This document shows, in pieces, positions 1 through 11,159 of a DNA stretch of 32,000 bases. The stretch is taken from positions 3,774,955 through 3,806,954 of the forward strand of contig NZ_CM001976.1 in the NCBI RefSeq assembly GCF_000406145.1, given 5' to 3'. Position numbers and translations under genes: made by a program. This stretch comes from Dickeya dadantii NCPPB 898 (lineage in GTDB: Bacteria; Pseudomonadota; Gammaproteobacteria; Enterobacterales; Enterobacteriaceae). The notes under the pieces were generated by a model. It saw only the letters and a program-made list of their open reading frames with translations. It did not search any database and was not told the DNA's origin. Positions within the stretch are counted from its first letter, which is position 1; each line of letters opens with the position of its first letter.

Positions 1-1
1 G

Positions 2-166
2 CACCCGCGATGCATTGCTGAAAGAGACGGTGAAACAGGGTTACTGGGTGGCGGGCGCACACCTGCCGTTCCCCGGCATCGGCCACGTCGCGGCACAGCA
101 CGACGCCAGCGGCAAAACCAACGGCTATCGTTGGCTACCGGTCAATTACAGCCTGTCGGGGCTGTG
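2..166 (+). CDS. 3' end of an upstream gene truncated by the window edge; possibly an MBL-fold (beta-lactamase-like) hydrolase
   Basis: Frame 2 is open from the window edge to TGA at 164-166. It translates as TRDALLKETVKQGYWVAGAHLPFPGIGHVAAQHDASGKTNGYRWLPVNYSLSGL. The AHLPFPGIGH segment resembles the C-terminal His motif of MBL-fold hydrolases; this is recollection only. Confidence 0.4.
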
Positions 167-186
167 AGTCACCGTCAGCGTCAAAA

Positions 187-211
187 AACGGGCTTTCGCA
201 GAAAGCCCGTT
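187..211. terminator. Bidirectional rho-independent terminator between convergent genes
   Basis: Perfect 11-bp stem aacgggctttc / gaaagcccgtt with loop gca. An A-run lies on one side and T-rich sequence on the other. On the minus strand the hairpin is followed by tttttt, just downstream of the rhiN stop. Confidence 0.7.
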
Positions 212-237
212 CAAAACCTTTCTCTCTTCAAGACGCT

Positions 238-1377
238 TTACAGATAAACGCGCAAATACTCCGACAGGCACAGAATCGCCATCGCCTGACCGTACGGCAT
301 TGAGGTCAGCGGAATCTGGCGGTAATAGTCCAGTTCCTTGCCCATCGCCGTTCCGAAGGACACGTTCAGCAATTCCCCGTTCTCGCTGATATTCGCCACC
401 ACGCCGCGCATCGCCTTTTCCGCCACCTCGGCGTAGCGACGGTCAATGTAGCGCTTACGCACCGCTTTGAGGATGCCGTAGGCAAACCCGGCGGTAGCGG
501 AGCTTTCCAGATAAGAGGTGGGGTCATCCAGCAGGGTGTGCCACAGGCCGCTGTCGTCCTGGTACTTCGCCAGCGCTTCCACCTGGCTTTCCAGCACCTG
601 AATCAGAAAACGGCGGGTGGCGTTGTGTTCAGGCAGATCCAGCAATTCGATGAATTCCGGGATTACAATGGTCAGCCAGCTGTTGCCGCGCGCCCAGCGC
701 GCCTGCGCAAAACTGTGGTTGCCGTCGAAGGTCCAGCCGTGGAACCACAGGCCGCTCTGACGATCCATCAGGTACTGCACGTGCAGCAGGAACTGGTAGG
801 TGGCTTCTTCGACAAACTCGGGGCGGTTGAGCAGCTTGCCGATTTTCGCCAGCGGCAGCACGCTCATCATCAACGTGTCGTCCCACAGTTGATCGGTGTT
901 TTCGCTGTTGTAGACGATATGCTGCAAACCGTCTTTGTGGGTACGCGGCATGTCGTACATCACCCATTCAGCCCAACGTTCGAGATACGGCAGCCAACGG
1001 CTGTCGCCGGTTTCTTCATAACGGTAGGCCAGCGTCAGGAACGGACATACCGTGTTGACGTTTTTGGTCGGCGTCCCTTCGGCCAGCCGGGCGGTGAACC
1101 AGTCATCGATGATAGCGCGCATCCGCTCGTCGCCGGTCTGGCGATAATACTGATAGATGCCGTACAGCCCGATGCCGTGCGTCCATTCCCAGCCGGCCCA
1201 GCCCTTGGTATCAATTACCCGGCCGTCGTCCAGCCGCAACAGGAATTCGCCGGTTTTATCCTCAATGTTGATCAAATTGTCGGTCACCCGGCAAATCAAC
1301 GCTTTTAAATCGTCCCGGGAGATGAAGTATTCGGGCTGGCGCAGCAGTGCGCTATGTTTCACAGGGAAAATGGTCAT
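238..1377 (-). CDS. rhiN: Unsaturated rhamnogalacturonyl hydrolase, glycoside hydrolase family 105 (YteR/YesR/RhiN-like)
   Basis: 379-aa ORF whose sequence I recognise as GH105 (WEWTHGIGLYG, LWDDTLMMSVLPLAK, WARGNSWL). It lies directly downstream of a GPH-family transporter, as in the described Dickeya rhiT-rhiN operon. Confidence 0.8.
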   Translation of the reverse strand: MTIFPVKHSALLRQPEYFISRDDLKALICRVTDNLINIEDKTGEFLLRLDDGRVIDTKGWAGWEWTHGIGLYGIYQYYRQTGDERMRAIIDDWFTARLAEGTPTKNVNTVCPFLTLAYRYEETGDSRWLPYLERWAEWVMYDMPRTHKDGLQHIVYNSENTDQLWDDTLMMSVLPLAKIGKLLNRPEFVEEATYQFLLHVQYLMDRQSGLWFHGWTFDGNHSFAQARWARGNSWLTIVIPEFIELLDLPEHNATRRFLIQVLESQVEALAKYQDDSGLWHTLLDDPTSYLESSATAGFAYGILKAVRKRYIDRRYAEVAEKAMRGVVANISENGELLNVSFGTAMGKELDYYRQIPLTSMPYGQAMAILCLSEYLRVYL

Positions 1378-1456
1378 AACAGATATCCAGTTCCAGTTTC
1401 GTTACACATCAATCGATGACTTCTACTCAATAACGTCTCAATCCACGCAATGCCGT

Positions 1457-3037
1457 TCAATGCACACCGTGGTGAGGCGTTCTGCCGGTCATCGACCGGG
1501 CCGGTGCCTTGTGGCGATTGAGATAACCAATGTTGTTGTTCCCCCACAGGGATTCGTACGGCATACCGGCCAGCATTTCCACCGTGGCACGGGCTTCCGG
1601 CGTGACTTTTTCCGGTACGATGCGGCCTGCCTCACGCATTTTCGCCGTTTCCTGGCGCAGCACTTCATGCGTCTGCAAATTCAGTTTGAAGCGCAGAGAT
1701 ACCAGGAAGCCTAATGCCAGCACCCCGACCGTCCCGAAGCACAGCACCATCAAAATAGTGTGGCTGACGCCCGGTGCCTGCACGCTCTGGCCGGAGACAA
1801 AACCGGACAGTTGCAGCACGATGCCCACCAGCATTACCGCGCCGGCCTGCGAGGCTTTACGAGTCAGGGTCATAATGCCGGCGAAGATCCCTTCACGGCG
1901 CTGGGCGGTGATGACTTCATCCACATCAGCGATGTAGGTATAGGTATTCCATGGCACATAGTTGATGCCGCCGCGGCCCAAACCGGCCAAACCGGACACC
2001 AGCAGCAGTAGCGAGAACGCCGAATGCATGCCGCTGTAGTACAGGAAACCATAGGAGAGCGCGCTCAGACCGAACAGGCAAACCACCATGCGATAGGACG
2101 GCGCCGGGCCGAACTTGATGCACAGCGGGATCATCGCAATCACCGAGATAAATTGCAGGGTCGCCATGGTGCCCATCAGGTTGGACGCCATCGTCGGGCT
2201 TTGCATCAGCACGAATACCACGTAGTAGGTGAAGACCGCGTTGAACACGTCCTGTGCGATGTAACCGCCCAGATACATCCCCAGATGCTGGCGGAAGATA
2301 CGGATACGCAGCGTGGACAACAGTTCAATGTTGAGGCGTTTGAGGCTCTGCCCCAGCGTCAGCGACTGGCGCTCTTTTTCCGCCCGCAACGACGCTTCCG
2401 ACATCTGGTCGCGTGGCCGCTCCCAAGTGAAGAAGTACACCAGCGTCAGCACGCAGGCGCAGATCACCGAGAACACCAGACTGGAGTAGAAGAAGGACAC
2501 CACATTGTCCTTGCCGAAATATCCCAACAAGATACCGGGCAGAAACGCCGCCAGAATCGCCGACAGCTGCGCCAGCGCGATACGCGCGCCGGAGAACTTG
2601 GTCTTCTGTTTGAAATCATCGGTCATTTCCGGCACCAGCGTTTCATACGGCACCAGCACCATGGTGTAGATGACGTCAAACAGCAGGTAGGTAATCAGGT
2701 AGTACCAGTAATCCATGTGGCCGACCCACATCAGGCTGTAGCTGAAGACACAGGGAATACCGAGCAGAATAAAGAACTTGCGGCGCCCGAAGCGTTTGCC
2801 CAGCCAGGTAGAGCCGAAGTTATCGGTCAGGAACCCCATCAGCGGGCTGACCACCGCATCCAGTACCCTGGCCATGGCAAAAATAAAGGTCGCCTCGATG
2901 GGCGTCAGGCCGCAAAAGGTGGTGTAAAAATAGAGCAGCCAGCCGGCGGTGAGCGCCGTGGTGCCGGCCCCGAGGAAATCACCGGAACCGTAGGCCAGGT
3001 AATTCGCCAGCCCAATCTTACGTGTTTTCATCGCCAT
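1457..3037 (-). CDS. rhiT: Glycoside-pentoside-hexuronide (GPH) family cation symporter, rhamnogalacturonide transporter-like
   Basis: 526-aa polytopic membrane ORF with a GPH-type N-terminus (LAYGSGDFLGAGTT). GAGGAAGG lies just upstream of the ATG. An alternative start at 3031 (Met3) is equally plausible. Pairing with GH105 supports RhiT. Confidence 0.75.
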   Translation of the reverse strand: MAMKTRKIGLANYLAYGSGDFLGAGTTALTAGWLLYFYTTFCGLTPIEATFIFAMARVLDAVVSPLMGFLTDNFGSTWLGKRFGRRKFFILLGIPCVFSYSLMWVGHMDYWYYLITYLLFDVIYTMVLVPYETLVPEMTDDFKQKTKFSGARIALAQLSAILAAFLPGILLGYFGKDNVVSFFYSSLVFSVICACVLTLVYFFTWERPRDQMSEASLRAEKERQSLTLGQSLKRLNIELLSTLRIRIFRQHLGMYLGGYIAQDVFNAVFTYYVVFVLMQSPTMASNLMGTMATLQFISVIAMIPLCIKFGPAPSYRMVVCLFGLSALSYGFLYYSGMHSAFSLLLLVSGLAGLGRGGINYVPWNTYTYIADVDEVITAQRREGIFAGIMTLTRKASQAGAVMLVGIVLQLSGFVSGQSVQAPGVSHTILMVLCFGTVGVLALGFLVSLRFKLNLQTHEVLRQETAKMREAGRIVPEKVTPEARATVEMLAGMPYESLWGNNNIGYLNRHKAPARSMTGRTPHHGVH

Positions 3038-3294
3038 CCTTCCTCATTGATTGTATTTATGAAGGTGTTGCAGCGAGCCCAAAACATCGTGGCCGCCGTA
3101 GCGTTAAAGTAGCGAGACGGCAAGGCAAAAACCTTTGCGCGTTTGCCACGGCCCGGGAGGGATTGGCATCCCAGAGAAGAACGTGGCGATCGAGCTCAAG
3201 CTTTTATAAAAAAGTATTTTAGGCCAATAAAACCAACGGTTCGTTTATGGCGATCACAAGGTGAGCGGGTCAGTTTGAAGACAGAAGAACAATC

Positions 3295-3320
3295 GGAACG
3301 CCCCATGATGGCGGCGTTCC
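3295..3320 (-). terminator. Stem-loop immediately downstream of the binding-protein gene
   Basis: ggaacgcc (3295-3302) pairs with ggcgttcc (3313-3320), 6 nt after the stop at 3327-3329. The trailing sequence on the minus strand is only moderately T-rich. Confidence 0.5.
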
Positions 3321-3326
3321 AGACAC

Positions 3327-4382
3327 TTAACGCGGATGCAGAATACGATCAACCTGCTCAGCACTCAGGTCAAAGCCATAGAAGCGCTGGTAGAAGTCGT
3401 GGGTCTCCTTTTCCATATCGATATGTTGCATTTGCTGCGGGTAGAGCGTTTTCGCCAGCCACAGAAACTGCAACGCCTGCTCGGACGTTTCCCTGCACCA
3501 CCAGAACATCCCCTGCGGATTGGCATACACCCGCCCTTGCCGGACGGCCTTTAGCGTTTGCCACTGCGGATCCTGACGGATCGCCGCCGCATCGCTTGCC
3601 CGCATGGTGATAATCACATCTGGCTCGGCCTGCACGATCTGCTCAAGGGAGACTGGCGCCGTACTGACACCCGCCTGGTGAAACCAGGGTTCCGCGACGT
3701 TGATCGCCCCACCGAGATCCAGCCAATCCTGATTGAGGGAGGGGCGACCCGACGTAGTAAGCGGATCACCCACGGCATGATAGACCTTGAGCCGCTGTTC
3801 AGGCGGAATACGTTGTATGACGTCACTAACGCGCCGCACGTTGTCCTGATAATACGCCGCGAAATCGTGGGCGCGCGCTAACGCATCAGGCCCCAAAATC
3901 TCCCCGGTAATCAGAGTGCGTTCCACCATCGCCGCCAGCGAGTTATAGCGCAGCGCCACCACGCGGATCCCCGCCTTGCCCAGCGTATCGGCCTCCGGCA
4001 GCGGCGTACTTTGCGGCACAAACAAGACTTGCGCGCGCATAGCCACCAGTACTTCACTGTTAATGCCCATATCGCCGTTGCGCGACGCCAAGGCGGCCTG
4101 CGCGATCGACGGCACAAACTGACGGAACAACGGCGTATCGCGCACTATTTTGGTGGTAGCAACAATGCGATCGCCATAGCCCAGCATGGCGATAATCGAA
4201 TTCTGCGCGTTCCAGGACGTGGCGATACGTTCTACCCGAGCGGGCACCTCAACCGTACGATCACCGTAGTAATGCACCGTTCTTGTCGGTGCGGCATCCG
4301 CCAGCGCCGAGCCAGCCAGCAGGCAAGCGAGCAACGCCGCCGAAAAACGCCGCGCGCGGCGGCCAATAACAGAATAAGTCAT
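3327..4382 (-). CDS. Periplasmic substrate-binding protein, iron-siderophore/cobalamin (FecB/FhuD-type, class 8) family
   Basis: The ORF-track ORF runs 3327..4463. I place the start at Met28 (ATG at 4382), which gives MTYSVIGRRARRFSAALLACLLAGSALA, a signal-peptide-like N-terminus. It lies 4 nt after the receptor stop. Overall composition is typical of PF01497-type binding proteins. Confidence 0.7.
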   Translation of the reverse strand: MTYSVIGRRARRFSAALLACLLAGSALADAAPTRTVHYYGDRTVEVPARVERIATSWNAQNSIIAMLGYGDRIVATTKIVRDTPLFRQFVPSIAQAALASRNGDMGINSEVLVAMRAQVLFVPQSTPLPEADTLGKAGIRVVALRYNSLAAMVERTLITGEILGPDALARAHDFAAYYQDNVRRVSDVIQRIPPEQRLKVYHAVGDPLTTSGRPSLNQDWLDLGGAINVAEPWFHQAGVSTAPVSLEQIVQAEPDVIITMRASDAAAIRQDPQWQTLKAVRQGRVYANPQGMFWWCRETSEQALQFLWLAKTLYPQQMQHIDMEKETHDFYQRFYGFDLSAEQVDRILHPR

Positions 4383-4386
4383 CGCG

Positions 4387-6567
4387 TCACCAGTCAACGG
4401 AGAGGGAAGCGCGAATTTCTCGCGGTTCGCCCAGGAAAGCGCTGGCGGAACCGTTATTGCCATCAGTACTGCCGGGGAAAATGGACGCCCAGTAGCGCTC
4501 GTTAGTGACGTTATTCACCATCACACGCAGTGCCGCCTTTTTATCGTGCAGTTTAAAGCCGTAACGCGCGCCGAGATCCAGCGTGGTGACCCCCGCTGCC
4601 CAGGAGGTATTGGTGTCGTTAGCCGCTCGCTTACCGGTGTAGTGCAGATTAGCCTGGTACACCAGAGCCGGGTGTGCCGGGTGGCTATACTCCGCCAGCA
4701 GGTTAGCCTGAAACTTAGGCACGCCCACCACCCGCTTGTTGCGGGTTTCCGCCAGCGCGGTTTCCTTCAATTTGGGATCGAGCAGCGTCATACTCCCGAA
4801 CAGGTGCAGACCATCCCAGACTTCGCCATCAGCCATCAGTTCCAGACCGTTGTTGACCTGCTTACCTTGCTCTTTGTAAATGTTGTCAACCGCATTGGTA
4901 TAGGCAAACGGACGTTCCAACCGGAATAGCGCGGCATTCAGGTTAACGCTCCCCCATTGGGATTTCACCCCGGCCTCATATTGGGTACTACGATAAGGCT
5001 TCAATACCTGGCCTTCGTTGGCCGCACCGGTGGGCGCGACGCCCCCTTGCTCAAGGGAATCCGCATAGGCGACGTAGGTCATGACATTGGGCAGCACCTT
5101 ATACATTAGGGAAACCGTCGGACTGGTGCCGGTGTCATGTTGAATGTCGCTGTTATCACCGTAGCTACGCGAAGCGATCCAACTCTGGCTGACGACGCCC
5201 ATGGCCGACCAGCGGTCGTTAAAGGCCACCGTGTCTCCCACGGTGACCGCCTGCTGGGTGCTGCGGCTATCTTTGTAACGCCCGGAACCCGCGTAAAAGC
5301 GGCCATCGCTCGGATCGTTAAAACCGCCCGGTGCGTCAATGGTGCTGTTGCCAAGCAGGTAGCGGTTGCTGCTGCCCAGTGCGGCATAGTTGGTCCACTG
5401 GAATCCGGTGGTGCTGAATACCACATCGTGAGATAAGCCGCCGGTATCAATATGGCCGTTCAGCTGCAACGTATTGCTCAACACCCGGAACCGCCCGGCG
5501 CTATAGGGTTGTGTCAATGTGGTACGCAGTGAACCCTGATTGTCGGTAATGGAATGGGTTAACGTTCGCATACCGCGATCCGCCGTCTGGTAACCGACAC
5601 CACCGGTGATAACCCAATCATTATTGAAATAGTGTTTGAGACGGGTGCTGACCGTTTTGGTCACCAGATCCAGCCCGGCATAAGATTGCCCAAACCCTTT
5701 GCGGCTGACATCCGGCGCGCTGGGAAGCTGGACGTTCGGTCCATAGGAAAAGCCGCCGGCATAGCCCATCTTCTTGAAGCGATATTCGCTGGCATTAAAT
5801 TCCAGTACCGTATCCGGGGAGAGGTTCCAATCCAGCGCCACGCTGGCCAGACGGCGACGCAGCGTACTGTCGCTAACGCTACCCTCGCCTTCATCATGCA
5901 GCAGGTTGATGCGATAACCAAACCGATCGTTTTCCCCGACGTGTCCCCCCAGATCGGCGTGACCTGAAGCGGCGCCTTTGCTGGAGTAACCGACGGTAAC
6001 GCGGTTCAAGGTTTGCGCCGTGGGTCTTTTCTGCACAAAATTAAACTGCCCGGCCGGGCTGGCGGGGCCATAAAGCGCCCCCGTCAGGCTGTTGATCACA
6101 TCCAGCCGCTCCAGCATCTCAACAGGAAAGGCGGTGGTGGAGATGATATTGAGCCCATCGAGGCGACTGTTCGCCAGCACATCCCCTTGCATACCGCGGC
6201 TTTGCGGACGGCCGACATCAATGCCGCCGCGTGCCTGCATCTGCGCCGAGGCGCTGTATTTCAGCAGATCGTTGACATTTTTCGCCTGCTGGTTGGCGAT
6301 CATCGCAGAGGTCACCGTGGTGGTGGAATACGGCGAGTCGACGCGGTCACGCTTGCCTAGCGGCCCAATCTCGACGGCATTGGTGTTCATCCCAGCCCCG
6401 GCCGGATACGGAGAGGCGTCTGTGGGTTTGGCCGTGACTACCAGCACATCCGCCGATTTATCATCATCCAGTTTCGCGCCGCCCTCGGCGGACCAGGTAG
6501 AAAAAGAAACAGCCATCAAAGCAGGCACCAGACAATGAATGCTGTTTTTCCATTTCTGCATTGTCAT
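4387..6567 (-). CDS. TonB-dependent outer-membrane siderophore receptor
   Basis: Start chosen at Met24 of the track ORF (MTMQKWKNSIHCLVPALMAVSFSTWSA signal peptide). A TonB-box-like DVLVVTA follows. Plug and beta-barrel sequence is typical, with a C-terminal aromatic residue (…SLSVDW). Confidence 0.85.
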   Translation of the reverse strand: MTMQKWKNSIHCLVPALMAVSFSTWSAEGGAKLDDDKSADVLVVTAKPTDASPYPAGAGMNTNAVEIGPLGKRDRVDSPYSTTTVTSAMIANQQAKNVNDLLKYSASAQMQARGGIDVGRPQSRGMQGDVLANSRLDGLNIISTTAFPVEMLERLDVINSLTGALYGPASPAGQFNFVQKRPTAQTLNRVTVGYSSKGAASGHADLGGHVGENDRFGYRINLLHDEGEGSVSDSTLRRRLASVALDWNLSPDTVLEFNASEYRFKKMGYAGGFSYGPNVQLPSAPDVSRKGFGQSYAGLDLVTKTVSTRLKHYFNNDWVITGGVGYQTADRGMRTLTHSITDNQGSLRTTLTQPYSAGRFRVLSNTLQLNGHIDTGGLSHDVVFSTTGFQWTNYAALGSSNRYLLGNSTIDAPGGFNDPSDGRFYAGSGRYKDSRSTQQAVTVGDTVAFNDRWSAMGVVSQSWIASRSYGDNSDIQHDTGTSPTVSLMYKVLPNVMTYVAYADSLEQGGVAPTGAANEGQVLKPYRSTQYEAGVKSQWGSVNLNAALFRLERPFAYTNAVDNIYKEQGKQVNNGLELMADGEVWDGLHLFGSMTLLDPKLKETALAETRNKRVVGVPKFQANLLAEYSHPAHPALVYQANLHYTGKRAANDTNTSWAAGVTTLDLGARYGFKLHDKKAALRVMVNNVTNERYWASIFPGSTDGNNGSASAFLGEPREIRASLSVDW

Positions 6568-6814
6568 TTTTTTATCTCGGTTTTGTATGTTGTTTATCGA
6601 TATGTATTTTTTTATATATCGATGCGCAATATACAAAGATACGAGACGCTTTTAAGAAAAAATCTCGTTCTCATTGCCCAGGATCAATTGATAATTAGCT
6701 GAAAAATAAAATGTAATTACTAAGTGGTAGGAAAATCACTCGTAAGGAGCAAGCCAGACGCCGACGGGATCGAAAAAATCCGGGCAGGGAAAAATTGAAT
6801 GTGGAGTCGCAACA

Positions 6815-6872
6815 TAAAAAAACCCCGGGTGCCGAAACCCACCGGGGTTTATCACCGGGCGCGGACGCCCGG
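6815..6872 (-). terminator. eno terminator region (two hairpins)
   Basis: On the minus strand the order is a ccgggcg/cgcccgg hairpin (6855-6872), then an aaaccccgg…ccggggttt hairpin (about 6821-6850), followed by a T7 run (complement of 6815-6821). Confidence 0.7.
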
Positions 6873-6886
6873 CACAAGGCAGACGC

Positions 6887-8218
<1,332 letters not shown>

Positions 8219-8225
8219 TCAGACG

Positions 8226-8255
8226 GCAACGCGCGATCGGAAGACCGCGCGTTGC
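8226..8255 (-). other. Perfect 10-bp GC-rich stem-loop in the pyrG-eno spacer
   Basis: gcaacgcgcg (8226-8235) and cgcgcgttgc (8246-8255) with a 10-nt loop. No T-run follows, so it is a processing, stability or partial-termination element rather than a classical terminator. Confidence 0.4.
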
Positions 8256-8282
8256 TGCAAAACTCATTTCACCGGCAAAACC

Positions 8283-9935
<1,653 letters not shown>

Positions 9936-10146
9936 TTAGGTTTAAGGACGATGGAAAGACCAGGACGGGAAAGTAGTATACCCGAACCTGGGAGGCGTCA
10001 CAAATGATCGTTTTACCCTTTGTGATGTTGACAGGCTCCGGCTGATGCGGTATCTCCCTCCGATGCGGGAGACGATGACCGGGTTTAAAATCAGCCGGAT
10101 AGCGCCAAAAACCGGAAAAAAACCGGCTTTCATTCAGAAAATGATT

Positions 10147-10950
10147 TCAATCCTTTTTTTCTGATGCTTTTACCTGTTGCCAGGCGGCTTCCATCTCATC
10201 AAGCGTGGCGTCGGCAAGGGCTTTACCGCTGTCGCCAATCAGTTGCTCCACCTGCTGGAAACGGCGGGTGAACTTGCGATTGGCCTGTTGCAGCGCGATT
10301 TCCGCCTTGTGCCCGAGATGGCGGGACAGATTAACCGCCGCGAACAACATATCGCCGATCTCCTCGCCCAGTTTTTCCGGGTCGATCACCGCCTGTTGCG
10401 CTTCGACCATCACCTCGTCGATCTCTTCGTACAGCTTGTCTACCACCGGCCCCAGCGTGGCCCAGTCGAAACCGACGGCGGCGCAGCGCTGTTGGATTTT
10501 ATGCGCCTGCATCAGTGCGGGCAGCGCCTGTGGAATATCGTCCAGCTGCGAATGACGGTCTTTTTCCGCCCGCTCCTGCGCCTTGGTCTGCTCCCAGTTA
10601 GCCAGCACCGCGTCGCTGTCCGACAGCGTGGCGTCGCCGAAGATATGCGGATGGCGACGTTCCAGCTTATCGCTGATGGCGTCACACACGTCCGAGAAAT
10701 CAAACAGCCCTTGCTCCTGCGCCATACGGGCGTAAAACACCACCTGAAACAGCAGGTCGCCCAGCTCGCTGCGCAGGTCGTCGAAATCCTTGCGGCTGAT
10801 GGCGTCGAGCACCTCGTAGGTTTCTTCCAGCGTGTAAGGAGCGATAGTGTCAAACGTCTGCTCGCGATCCCACGGGCAACCGTTTTCCGGGTCACGCAGC
10901 CGCTGCATGATGTGGAGTAAGCGCTCAATGGCGGATGAATTCATATTCAT
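10147..10950 (-). CDS. mazG: Nucleoside triphosphate pyrophosphohydrolase MazG
   Basis: 267 aa with tandem MazG domains (RLRDPENGCPWDREQTF…, EEIDEVMVEA…). The start could also be Met3. Confidence 0.93.
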   Translation of the reverse strand: MNMNSSAIERLLHIMQRLRDPENGCPWDREQTFDTIAPYTLEETYEVLDAISRKDFDDLRSELGDLLFQVVFYARMAQEQGLFDFSDVCDAISDKLERRHPHIFGDATLSDSDAVLANWEQTKAQERAEKDRHSQLDDIPQALPALMQAHKIQQRCAAVGFDWATLGPVVDKLYEEIDEVMVEAQQAVIDPEKLGEEIGDMLFAAVNLSRHLGHKAEIALQQANRKFTRRFQQVEQLIGDSGKALADATLDEMEAAWQQVKASEKKD

Positions 10951-10966
10951 GGTAATCCCGATAATA

Positions 10967-11112
10967 AGAGCCTATCCCACCAGGCGTCATTGGCGCAGCC
11001 AGTTGGGACACGGACAGCGCGGAAAAACCGGAGCGTACACGCAGTACGTGAGGATTTTGAGCACTGCCCAGGTCCAAAATGGCAAGTAAAATAGCCTGGT
11101 GGGATAGGCTCT
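10967..11112. repeat. 146-bp MITE/ERIC-like palindromic intergenic element with perfect 19-bp terminal inverted repeats
   Basis: agagcctatcccaccaggc (10967-10985) is the exact reverse complement of gcctggtgggataggctct (11094-11112). It has no coding capacity and sits in the relA-mazG spacer. Confidence 0.6.
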
Positions 11113-11121
11113 AAAATGGAA

Positions 11122-11142
11122 AAGGCGGGACCTGCCCGCCTT
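11122..11142 (-). terminator. relA terminator hairpin
   Basis: aaggcggg / cccgcctt 8-bp stem. On the minus strand it is followed by ttccatttt. It lies 18 nt downstream of the relA stop. Confidence 0.6.
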
Positions 11143-11159
11143 ACGGTACTAAAACAGTA

